64,000 nucleotides of DNA from an uncultured bacterium (GTDB taxonomy: Bacteria > UBP6 > UBA1177). Positions 38,347 through 47,118 of this stretch are shown here, one piece after another (within the stretch, counting starts at the first letter, position 1; the number at the start of each line of letters is the position of its first letter). A program made the position numbers and the translations under genes. The notes below the pieces were generated by a model, which saw nothing but the letters and a program-made list of their open reading frames with translations, did not search any database and was not told the origin of the DNA. The stretch lies in the NCBI GenBank assembly GCA_947305505.1, contig CAMZDX010000001.1, forward strand, positions 22,621 to 86,620, given 5' to 3'.

Positions 38347-39422
38347 TATTTTTTCGACCAGTGATAAGTCATGCCGCCCATGAAGTAACCCGCGCCGAAA
38401 GAGATTGCACAGCCCCTTGTTTTTTCGTCTTTCAGCGGACGGTCTGCGTCTTTGAACCAGGTTTCGAGAACAAACATAACGCTCGGAGAACTGAAATTTC
38501 CGTATTTTTCGAAAATCGACTTCGAACGGCTTATCTGCTCATCATTCAAACCAAGAATTCCTGGTTCCGTAAAACGCATGAGTATAGGCATTCCGCCCTG
38601 ATGAAGCGACCATTCTTCAATATTTTCCGGCGTTACACCCAAAGGTTTTATGATGTGGTCGTGAACGATTTCGGGAACCGTGTCTTTGAGATTGTCTTCG
38701 AGAACGAGTTTGCCTTCGTGCATGGAAAGAGAACCGCCGGAAACAAAATCAGTAATAATTTCATCAACTTCCATTAAAGGAAGATCAAATTTGTCTCTCA
38801 AATTTTCGGGAATCACTAAAATTCCCGCTGCGCCGTCGGCAAAAAGGAGCGTCGTTTTGAGATTTTCCTTAAATTCCGGGTCATCGATATCGTAAGTCGG
38901 ATTTACTATCCACGAACACTGGTCGAAAAGAAAAGTTATCGCCGCCTTGTTGTGTTCCCGACAGTATTTTACCGAAGATTCAAGCGAAAAAAGACCGGCC
39001 GCACATCCCAGATAAGCCATTTCCTGCGGCGGATAGTCAAGTTTCAAAGCACATTTTGAGGCGATTTTGCTTGAAAGGCTCGGCAGAACATCTTTGTCGC
39101 AGCGGATATTGTAGGCAATCGACAGAAAGCCGACATCTTCACGCGAAACACAGCCGCTGTGCAGAAGTTCTTCAACAGCGCGGCTCCCCCACTCCAGCGG
39201 ATGATATTCAGGTGTCGCCAGAGCCCTGCCGGGAAAAGCCTCTTTGGAAAGTATCGTCGGACGGTAAGTTATCCCGACTGCGCCTACAGAACGCCTTGCA
39301 AAACGGTGAGGACGACCGTTGTCAACAGATTTCGGATAAAGAATGTCAATGACTTCCGAAGACGAGAAAAGATGAGGAAGAATTGTAGTGATTTCAGCTA
39401 TATAAACTTTATTTTTCATCAA
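38346..39422 (-). CDS. Type III polyketide synthase-like condensing enzyme (chalcone/stilbene synthase superfamily)
   Basis: Cys in LGCAAGLFSL, His in LHQGGMPIL, Asn in YGNFSSPSVMFVL, plus GAGYFMGG near the C-terminus. The pattern is closer to CHS-like (HxGGxxIL, GNxSS) than to FabH. 358 aa. The stop overlaps the pseudouridine synthase start (TAATG). Confidence 0.65.
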   Translation of the reverse strand: MMKNKVYIAEITTILPHLFSSSEVIDILYPKSVDNGRPHRFARRSVGAVGITYRPTILSKEAFPGRALATPEYHPLEWGSRAVEELLHSGCVSREDVGFLSIAYNIRCDKDVLPSLSSKIASKCALKLDYPPQEMAYLGCAAGLFSLESSVKYCREHNKAAITFLFDQCSWIVNPTYDIDDPEFKENLKTTLLFADGAAGILVIPENLRDKFDLPLMEVDEIITDFVSGGSLSMHEGKLVLEDNLKDTVPEIVHDHIIKPLGVTPENIEEWSLHQGGMPILMRFTEPGILGLNDEQISRSKSIFEKYGNFSSPSVMFVLETWFKDADRPLKDEKTRGCAISFGAGYFMGGMTYHWSKK

Positions 39423-39585
39423 AGCCTTTCAACAATCAAAAAAACGCACAAAAAAACAACGGCGATAATACCCATTTGGCAACTTCAGTCAATTATATGC
39501 TGTTTTTTCATTCCGGTTACGGCATAAACTTTACAATGCAAGACCCTTAAATAAAATAGCGCGTTTTCGTTCCGGAGGTTAAAAA

Positions 39586-40059
39586 ATGAACTTGAAATCC
39601 CTCGTTTTCGCGGTTGCGGCGTTTATATGCGCAACTGTTGTTTCGTGCGGCGGCGCGGAAAGCTACAAAACTCCGCTCGTTTATCCGTCAGACATCTCAC
39701 AAAGCGCCTGCATGTCGGCAGAAGATATTGAAAATACTGAAGAAAGTTACGACGTTTCAGTTTCAGGCAAAGACATAATCGTTAAACACTTCAATATTCA
39801 GGCACCGAAAAACACAACAATGGGAATCGTCGACAGAGAGGGCAACCTTTCGTTTGAAAACAAGTACAACTACTTCTATCTCGAGGCCGGCGACCGCTTC
39901 ATTTCATTCCAGGAGGCTTTCCGCTACTCGTCATCCGAAGAGATGTGCTACTACGACCTTTCGACGAGAATAACCCACATCAGCGGCGGCATATACGACT
40001 TCATGATTTTCAACGACAAAAACGAACTCGTCTACTCAAAAGAGGTGCGCATAAGATGA
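39586..40059 (+). CDS. Hypothetical lipoprotein (157 aa)
   Basis: Signal MNLKSLVFAVAAFICATVVSCGG. Stop overlaps the aspartate kinase start (ATGA). Confidence 0.55.
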   Translation: MNLKSLVFAVAAFICATVVSCGGAESYKTPLVYPSDISQSACMSAEDIENTEESYDVSVSGKDIIVKHFNIQAPKNTTMGIVDREGNLSFENKYNYFYLEAGDRFISFQEAFRYSSSEEMCYYDLSTRITHISGGIYDFMIFNDKNELVYSKEVRIR

Positions 40060-41273
40060 ATGACGACAAAATCATTGTGCTGAAATTCGGCGGATCTTCG
40101 CTCAAAAACAGCGATTGCATAAAAAAAGTCCTTGATATTATTATGGAAAGGGTCAATCTTGGTTTTAAGACCGTAGTCGTCGTTTCGGCTCAGGGAAAAA
40201 CTACCGAAGCTCTGCTCAAAGAGGCCGCGGAGTTCGCTCCTAACGGCAATCCGCGCGAAATAGACATGCTGCTCACGACTGGAGAGCGCGCAAGTGCCGC
40301 TATCGTCGCAATGGCGCTGGAATCGAAAGGAATCCCGTCGATATCCCTCACAGGCTCACAGGCGGGAATCATCACCGACGACAATCACACGAACGCACGA
40401 ATCATAGAAATCCGTCCGAGCCGCGTTCTGAGTTCGCTTTCAGAAGGAAAAACCGTTATCGTCAGCGGATTTCAGGGTGTCAGCTTCAAAAAAGAGATAA
40501 CAACTCTGGGGCGCGGCGGCTCTGACACGACGGCAGTTGCTCTCGCTGCGGCACTTGATGCCGAAAGATGCGAGATTTTCAGCGATATCGACGGTGTTTA
40601 CGATGCCGATCCGGCGATTCTTCCCTATGCTGAAAAGAAAGATTCACTTTCATACCGCGAAATGCAGGAACTTTCAGAAGCAGGAGCAAAAGTTCTCCAT
40701 TCAAGAGCTGTTGAATTTGCGAAAGAACACAATATCGCAATCCACTGCAAAAGTACTTTTGAGCCGAACAACCCGGGAACAGTCATCCACGGTTTCGAAA
40801 ACAAGGGAAAAATCAGGAAATCAGCAGTTGCATACGAGAAAAACGTAATTCTTTTCCACACTTACGAACCTGAATCAGAAAATCTGTCAACTATAGCAAA
40901 CGTCCTTTCGTTCTGCGCCGAAAAAAATATAGCAGTCAAGCAGATTTCGTTCCACCGCGGCTACAAAAACAGCATGACGGGAAGTTTTATCATCTCGAAA
41001 AAGGAAAATTATTCATTTGCCCCGTTTATCTCCGAACTTAAGGAGAAATTCAGCAGCGCGGTCGAAGTTTTCGACGACCTTTCCGCAGTTTCGATAATCG
41101 GCGACGGTATCACAGACAAGCCCGACATTCTGCTTGAAATCACCTCGCTTTTCAGGCAGAACGACATCCGTATCGCCGGATTCCACACGAGCTCATTCAG
41201 AATCAGCCTTCTCGTTCAGACAAATCTTTTTGAAAAAGCACTCGCCCTTCTTCACGATTATTCGCGCCGCTGA
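40056..41273 (+). CDS. lysC: Aspartate kinase (with C-terminal ACT domains)
   Basis: MNDDKIIVLKFGGSSL start. ...VVVVSAQGKTTEAL..., ...GRGGSDTTAVALAAAL... . Start refined to ATG 40056. Confidence 0.85.
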   Translation: MNDDKIIVLKFGGSSLKNSDCIKKVLDIIMERVNLGFKTVVVVSAQGKTTEALLKEAAEFAPNGNPREIDMLLTTGERASAAIVAMALESKGIPSISLTGSQAGIITDDNHTNARIIEIRPSRVLSSLSEGKTVIVSGFQGVSFKKEITTLGRGGSDTTAVALAAALDAERCEIFSDIDGVYDADPAILPYAEKKDSLSYREMQELSEAGAKVLHSRAVEFAKEHNIAIHCKSTFEPNNPGTVIHGFENKGKIRKSAVAYEKNVILFHTYEPESENLSTIANVLSFCAEKNIAVKQISFHRGYKNSMTGSFIISKKENYSFAPFISELKEKFSSAVEVFDDLSAVSIIGDGITDKPDILLEITSLFRQNDIRIAGFHTSSFRISLLVQTNLFEKALALLHDYSRR

Positions 41274-41278
41274 TCATG

Positions 41279-41341
41279 CCGGGATTCCAGAATCCCGTGA
41301 TCCCGACGGCGGCGCAATAAAACCGGGATCTCGTGATCCCG
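41279..41341. repeat. Two palindromic hairpins (CGGGAT-tccaga-ATCCCG and CGGGATC-tcgt-GATCCCG) between convergent genes; candidate bidirectional terminators without strong U-tracts
   Basis: Inverted repeats seen in the sequence; they also share the direct repeat ATC(C/T)CGTGATCCCG. Confidence 0.3.
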
Positions 41342-41351
41342 AAATCCCGAA

Positions 41352-43484
41352 TCAATCAACAATCTCGGCCTCAACCGAGTCCAGCATCAGGCAGGAATTG
41401 CCGCTTTTCGGAACAATTTTGAAAACGTGGTTCCCTTTCGAAAATCGGTGGTTTATTGAAAACACCCTTCTTTCCTGGAAGGTTGATTTTGATGCAAAAG
41501 TTCCGGCATTTTCGCCGTCGATAAACAGCGTTGCATCGGTTCCGCACTTGTCTGCGACATAGAAAAGGTTGAACTCGTATTCGCCAGCTTCGATTATCGG
41601 GTGTGTAAAATCGTAGTAACTTTTCTCGGTCAGTTTAGCGAAACGCATCGCAAAAACCGTTTCGTTCGAAACAAAAACAGAAAGTTCCTTTATCGGATAG
41701 AATTTTTTATCCTCTTCTTCGCTCATCGAAAAATTTACGCCGTAATCGGGCATTCCCGTTTTCGGAAGGCGTTTGTTTTCAAACTCGAAAATCATTTTGC
41801 CGCGCGTCGCCTCAAAAAGCGGAGTTACCGAAGTTTTGTCCGCGAGTTTCGGGTAATAATCAATGAGATAAGCCCCTTCGAACGGCTTTTTATCCATGAA
41901 ATAAGCCGCCGCATAGAAGTTTTCTTCGCCCAAATCAAGCAGAATCAGATTTCCCCTGTCGTCGTAAGGCGGTTTTTTCATCAGATTAAGGAAAACACTG
42001 CCGTAAAGCGGCGGCACGAAAACGACGCTGTTTCTTATATCCTCGCGTTCTATCGCGTGTTCCACTTCCCTGTCTGTCGACCAGAAAGCATCCGAAAAAT
42101 TTGTGAGGAAAGGCGGCATGATCGTTGTGACCAAAAACAGGAAAATCGCCGCAGGAAGCGCGGTAACAAACGGTCTCACCCACTTGTTTGCAGAATCTCT
42201 CATCGAGAAAAACGCGTATCCGCACGGAATCAAAAGAAGAGAAGCGACCTCTGAAAAATAACGCGGTCCGAAAAGATTGCCTGAAAGGTAGAAAAAGAAG
42301 TAGCCAGCGAAAAATATTAAGAAAAACATAGAGATCTCAAGACTTTTCCTGAACGAATAAAAGAAAGAAGAGATCAGAAAAACGAAAATAAGCGGATGTC
42401 CCACAAGGTTGAAGTTGAGCAGCGTGAGACGCGCAAACGAAACCCAGAAAGCATAGTGCGGAGTAAGCCCTTCTTTAGGCAGAAAGTCGCCTTCGGTGTT
42501 GGGACAGCCTTTTCCGAAGCCCATTCTGTGGCAGAATTTATAAGGTTCGCGGATGAAAAAATAGACATCCTGCGGGAAAAGCATCGGATTTCCCGTGTAG
42601 AAAAAGTTGTAGAACATAAGCAGGGATCCGACAAAAATAAAAGGCAGCGTAAAAATGACCGCGCTTTTGAACTTCATTTTTTTGGAAAACATCAAAAGAA
42701 GTATGCCGCCGTAGACAAAAAACGCGTTCTGCGGGCGGATGAAAAGAGTCCAAGCTCCGGCAAAACCTGCTGCGACAAGCAATCCGGCTCTGTTTTCCGA
42801 GATCATGACGAGGTAAATCGTGAGCAGAGTCAGCATCAGATTGAAGGGATGCGTCATGTATGAAGCGCCCATAAAAAGGTAAAACGAACTGAAAAGTGCG
42901 AAAAACATCGCAAAAAACGAAGTCTTCGCGTCAAACTGCTTATCGGCTATCTTTCCCAGTAAAAACACTGCAATACCGTTGCAAATCGGAGTAAAGAACT
43001 GCGAAATGCCGAGCAGCTCGAAAGGAACGAGAAAAATTGAAAATCCCGGCAGGAAAAGTGAGAAATACCGGTTATTTATATCAACGTTGAAAGTATTCTG
43101 ATAGTATTCGTAAAGCTCGCTCGTCGGAAGGTGAAAATGTCCTGTCTCGATGAAAACGCGCGCGGTCCACAAAAAATGCGAGGCATCAATGACATGCGGA
43201 ATCGAATCGAAAACGAAAACGGCGATCAGCGCCGGAAACAGAAAACCGAGAAAAGGAAAGATAAGGTAGCGTTTTTTCACAAAAAAATCAAATGTTTCAG
43301 CCGACTTATCCTTTGCAAAGCTGTCAACAAGAAAAAACAGGACAACCAAAACAATAAAAATTATGTGAAAACGCGGATAAAACGCAGTAAAAACCGTCCA
43401 GAACTTTCCCCGCGTGCCCCAGAAAAAGAAGAGAAGCAAAAAGATAAGTGCCGGAAAAAAGGCAAGATTTTTTTTATTTTTCAT
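41352..43484 (-). CDS. Polytopic membrane protein (710 aa), GT-C-fold-like (PMT/ArnT/YfhO-like architecture) with C-terminal extracytoplasmic domain
   Basis: ~12 predicted TM helices in the first ~480 aa, then a ~230-aa soluble domain. Its start overlaps the dnaX stop by 4 nt. Family assignment is architectural inference only. Confidence 0.55.
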   Translation of the reverse strand: MKNKKNLAFFPALIFLLLFFFWGTRGKFWTVFTAFYPRFHIIFIVLVVLFFLVDSFAKDKSAETFDFFVKKRYLIFPFLGFLFPALIAVFVFDSIPHVIDASHFLWTARVFIETGHFHLPTSELYEYYQNTFNVDINNRYFSLFLPGFSIFLVPFELLGISQFFTPICNGIAVFLLGKIADKQFDAKTSFFAMFFALFSSFYLFMGASYMTHPFNLMLTLLTIYLVMISENRAGLLVAAGFAGAWTLFIRPQNAFFVYGGILLLMFSKKMKFKSAVIFTLPFIFVGSLLMFYNFFYTGNPMLFPQDVYFFIREPYKFCHRMGFGKGCPNTEGDFLPKEGLTPHYAFWVSFARLTLLNFNLVGHPLIFVFLISSFFYSFRKSLEISMFFLIFFAGYFFFYLSGNLFGPRYFSEVASLLLIPCGYAFFSMRDSANKWVRPFVTALPAAIFLFLVTTIMPPFLTNFSDAFWSTDREVEHAIEREDIRNSVVFVPPLYGSVFLNLMKKPPYDDRGNLILLDLGEENFYAAAYFMDKKPFEGAYLIDYYPKLADKTSVTPLFEATRGKMIFEFENKRLPKTGMPDYGVNFSMSEEEDKKFYPIKELSVFVSNETVFAMRFAKLTEKSYYDFTHPIIEAGEYEFNLFYVADKCGTDATLFIDGENAGTFASKSTFQERRVFSINHRFSKGNHVFKIVPKSGNSCLMLDSVEAEIVD

Positions 43485-45151
43485 TTTGCAAAGACACCTT
43501 TTATCTCGAATCCCTGATCTGTCGCAGCCTTAACGACAGCGCTTTCAATCATATTTTTTTTGCGTTGTTCAATATCTTCCATGCGCCGGAGCTCGTCTTC
43601 GGTAAAAATCGAAGCGTTCGTTCCCTTTTCAAAGTTGACCGAAAATTTCTTTCTGCCGCATGCAAAGCTGTCGAAAAGAGCTTTCAGGCGCTTTGCAAAA
43701 CCGTCGCCGTCGGAATTTAAAACCGTCGTAACAGTTACGACAACAGAGTTATCGTCTTCCTTATACGGCATGCTCTGCAGTCTGCCGTATAAAAAGAGAT
43801 CGCTCTTTTTGAAAGTTTCGGTGAAATCGCGCCAAAGCCCGCCGTTTTCAACTTTTTCGGCTGATCCGGCAGCTTTTTCTTCAGCTTTTTCAGGTCGTTT
43901 TTCAGTATTTGCCGGTATTTCAGCCGTTTTCGGCTCTGTTTGCGGCTGATTTTGTGAAGTTTTTACAGGTTCAGCTGTTTTTTTTTCAGCACTCTGCCCG
44001 TTCTGCGTTGTTACGACTGCAGCAGACGCAATATTTTTTGCGAAAGATCTGAAATCGTTCATAGTCGGGAAGGAACATGCCGTAATCACCGCGACTTCAA
44101 AAAGCATAAGCGAAAAATCGGAACTTTTGATCCCTTCGTATTCACCGTTCCAGAAGCGGAAAAGCCTCGTCCAGTCGGGAGTTGAAGCAAGTTCCGAGCA
44201 CGATTTTATCCACTCGAGTTCTTCAGCCGGAGCTTCGATGAAAGAGCCGTTTCCGAGTTCGCTGAAAAGAAGGATTCCGTGCAGAAGTGAAAGAATGTCG
44301 CGCGCCGCCTTTTCTATCGATTTGCCGCTTTTGTAGATGTCTCTTGCAAAAGAAACTGCCGCCGCAGAATCGTGTTTTGCTATCGATTCAATTATTCCGC
44401 GAAGTTGCTTTTTGTCGGAAGCGCCCAGAATCATTGAAATTTCAGATTCAGTCACCTTTCCGCCGCCGAAAGTAACCAGCTGTTCCAGAATTGTCTGGCT
44501 GTCGCGCATACTCCCCTCGCCTTCACGTGCGATCGCATAGAGGGCATCCATGTCGTATTCGCGCTGTTCGGCATCAAGGATCTTTGCAAGCTGCTTGGCA
44601 ACATCGTCAAGCGAAAGACGCTTGAGATCGTACCTCTGGCAGCGGCTTAAGACAGTCGTCGGAATTTTCTGCGGATCGGTCGTCGCAAGGATGAAAACAC
44701 TGTGAGCCGGCGGTTCTTCAAGCGTTTTGAGGAGCGCGTTGAACGCAGATTTACTCAGCATGTGAACTTCATCTATGATGTAGACTTTGAACTTCGATTT
44801 TACCGGAGAATAGGAAATATTTTCCTTAATGTCGCGGACATCATCGACCGAGTTGTTTGACGCGCCGTCGATTTCTACCACGTCCGGGCTTCTTCCCTCT
44901 GAGATTTCACGACAGCATTCGCACTTGTTGCAGGGTTCGCCGTCAGGCTGAAGATCGGTACAGTTGAGAGCTTTGACCAGAATTCTCGCCAAAGTCGTCT
45001 TTCCCGTTCCGCGGATACCGGTAAAAAGGTAAACCGGCGCCGTACGCTTGTTCAGAATCGCGTATTTCAAAGTCGAAGTGACGTGATCCTGACCGACAAC
45101 TTCGTCAAAACGCTGCGGACGCCATTTTCTTGCAACAACCTGATAAGCCAT
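43481..45151 (-). CDS. dnaX: DNA polymerase III subunit gamma/tau
   Basis: MAYQVVARKWRPQRFDEVVGQ..., Walker A GIRGTGKTT, Zn-module CNKCECC. Start refined to ATG 45149-51 with a GGAGGTG RBS; the track start at 45181 is TTG. Confidence 0.85.
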   Translation of the reverse strand: MAYQVVARKWRPQRFDEVVGQDHVTSTLKYAILNKRTAPVYLFTGIRGTGKTTLARILVKALNCTDLQPDGEPCNKCECCREISEGRSPDVVEIDGASNNSVDDVRDIKENISYSPVKSKFKVYIIDEVHMLSKSAFNALLKTLEEPPAHSVFILATTDPQKIPTTVLSRCQRYDLKRLSLDDVAKQLAKILDAEQREYDMDALYAIAREGEGSMRDSQTILEQLVTFGGGKVTESEISMILGASDKKQLRGIIESIAKHDSAAAVSFARDIYKSGKSIEKAARDILSLLHGILLFSELGNGSFIEAPAEELEWIKSCSELASTPDWTRLFRFWNGEYEGIKSSDFSLMLFEVAVITACSFPTMNDFRSFAKNIASAAVVTTQNGQSAEKKTAEPVKTSQNQPQTEPKTAEIPANTEKRPEKAEEKAAGSAEKVENGGLWRDFTETFKKSDLFLYGRLQSMPYKEDDNSVVVTVTTVLNSDGDGFAKRLKALFDSFACGRKKFSVNFEKGTNASIFTEDELRRMEDIEQRKKNMIESAVVKAATDQGFEIKGVFAK

Positions 45152-45310
45152 TTTCACCTCCAAAAGCGCGGAATTATACAAATAAGCAGCTTATAGTAAA
45201 GGAAAAATCGCTATTTGTCCTCTCAGGAATATAATACTGCGTTTTGGCGGCGCGATCATGACGTTGTAACGATCACGGAGAGCGCAGCAAATAATTTTGC
45301 AGAGACCGCT

Positions 45311-47116
45311 ATGAAGAAAAAATATCCGGCACTGCTTATCTACATTTTATTTTTTGCAGTGCTTTTTCTGCAGTTTCCCTTGAAAAAAGAGATTTCCGGC
45401 AACTGTGATTCGTGGCTCGCACTGACTTATTCCACCCGCACTTTGGAAACATTCAAATCGTTTTGGACAGACGAAACCGTCGGGAAAGCGATGTTTCCGG
45501 CTGAAAATCCGCTTGCTTACGGCGAATCGGCTCCGGGAATGCAGATGATAATCATTCTTTTCAAGGCTTTCGGCCTGCCCGATTACTGGGTAAACTATTT
45601 TTTTCTTCTCGTGATTTTTTCTCTCACAGCGTTCGGAATATTTATTTTTTCCAGCAATTTCACGCAGTTTTTTCCGGCGCAGCTTTTTGCCGGATTCTGT
45701 TTTTCGTGCAGCAACATGATTTTTGCCCACATTGACGATTCAGTCATCATTTTCTTTTTCATTCCGGCTGTCGCATTGCATCTCATATACGCATTTTTTA
45801 GAAGCAAAGACAAAAAATACTTAATAATATCGAGCATTTTAGCAGGAATAGAGATTTATTTCTCATTTTACGTCTTTTTCTACCAGTTTCTTATGATTTT
45901 TGTTTTTTTTGCATGGCTTGCAAGCAAGAACTGCTGGAAAATCCCGGAAAGTGCAAAACTTTTTTCAATCTATATTCTGATTGCCTTCATAATCGCCGCC
46001 CCCAATTTCCTTTATTATCTGCACGCTTTATACGACCTTGATTTTGTTTCGGTTTTTGAAGCTTTTTACACGGCGAAAATGGCAAGTTTCAACTTTGTCG
46101 ATATCTTTCTGGTACTGCCTGACAACCTGATTTATCCGAATATCGGAGAATTTTTCGGATTTCCGATGAACTGGGGTTTTGTCCGGCATTATAATTTCAT
46201 CGGTTTGCTTTCTTTGGCACTTTTTGCATATTCGCTTTTTAAATGGAATCGCGAAAATCGCAGCTTATTCGTTTTTCTTGCCGTTACCGGCATATTTTTC
46301 GCGTGCGGTCCGGTCTTTATGTTAGCAATGAAAGAGCTTTTTTATTCGCCGCTTTATATTTTTTACAAACCGATTCCGGTGCTGAAATTCCTGAGAGTGG
46401 CAGTTAGGGCATACTTCATATTTTTGTTTGCAGTTTCCATTGCCTCCGCTGTTTCATTTGAGCGGATCTGCCGCAAAGTAAAAAAACAGCATCTTGTAAT
46501 CATTGCACTTTTTGCATTTAATTTTGCAGAAAACATTCCCTTCCCTCTCAAAGGTTTTGACGCCTCGATCACTGAAAAAGTGCCTGAAATTTACGAAACC
46601 GTAAAGCGGCAGAACATCACGAGACCTTTGATTTTGGAACTTCCGTCAAGAATGAAAATCGAATTTGAAAACATGGATTCAGAAAAATTCGGCAACCCGA
46701 AAAATTTTGTGCACAAAAACAGCGAAAATCCACGGCTTGATATTTTGAATATCGGAATGTTCGTAGATTCCTGGAATGATATTTTTCAATATAACCGTGA
46801 AATCATCTACACAAACTGGCAGAACCGCCACAAAATCGATTCCGTCAACGGCGTGAACGGCTATTTTCCCACTCCGCGCATGATTCTGCAGTATCACATA
46901 AACAATCTTCCGAATCCGGAATCATTTGAGTTTTTAAGAAAATTCGGAATAAATTTCATAGTTTGGCATGAATTTATGAAAATAAAGGCAGACACGCTTT
47001 CTTTAGAAGACTTGGAAAAATCACCATGTTTAAGCAAAATCGAAACGAATTCGGAAGGAAGCACTCTCTTCAAACTGACAAACTGCGACACTAAGATTTT
47101 TTACGGGAGTTTTTAA
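45311..47116 (+). CDS. Polytopic membrane protein (601 aa), possible GT-C/YfhO-like
   Basis: Start refined to ATG 45311 (MKKKYPALLIYILFFAVLFL...). >10 TM helices plus a C-terminal soluble region. Confidence 0.55.
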   Translation: MKKKYPALLIYILFFAVLFLQFPLKKEISGNCDSWLALTYSTRTLETFKSFWTDETVGKAMFPAENPLAYGESAPGMQMIIILFKAFGLPDYWVNYFFLLVIFSLTAFGIFIFSSNFTQFFPAQLFAGFCFSCSNMIFAHIDDSVIIFFFIPAVALHLIYAFFRSKDKKYLIISSILAGIEIYFSFYVFFYQFLMIFVFFAWLASKNCWKIPESAKLFSIYILIAFIIAAPNFLYYLHALYDLDFVSVFEAFYTAKMASFNFVDIFLVLPDNLIYPNIGEFFGFPMNWGFVRHYNFIGLLSLALFAYSLFKWNRENRSLFVFLAVTGIFFACGPVFMLAMKELFYSPLYIFYKPIPVLKFLRVAVRAYFIFLFAVSIASAVSFERICRKVKKQHLVIIALFAFNFAENIPFPLKGFDASITEKVPEIYETVKRQNITRPLILELPSRMKIEFENMDSEKFGNPKNFVHKNSENPRLDILNIGMFVDSWNDIFQYNREIIYTNWQNRHKIDSVNGVNGYFPTPRMILQYHINNLPNPESFEFLRKFGINFIVWHEFMKIKADTLSLEDLEKSPCLSKIETNSEGSTLFKLTNCDTKIFYGSF

Positions 47117-47118
47117 AT

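Noticed and set aside
43780-43830. Possible dnaX programmed -1 frameshift site (TTC AAA AAG)
   Set aside because: The heptamer is not a true X XXY YYZ slippery site (C AAA AAG), no downstream stem-loop is evident, and it lies near the 3' end of the gene. Not supported.
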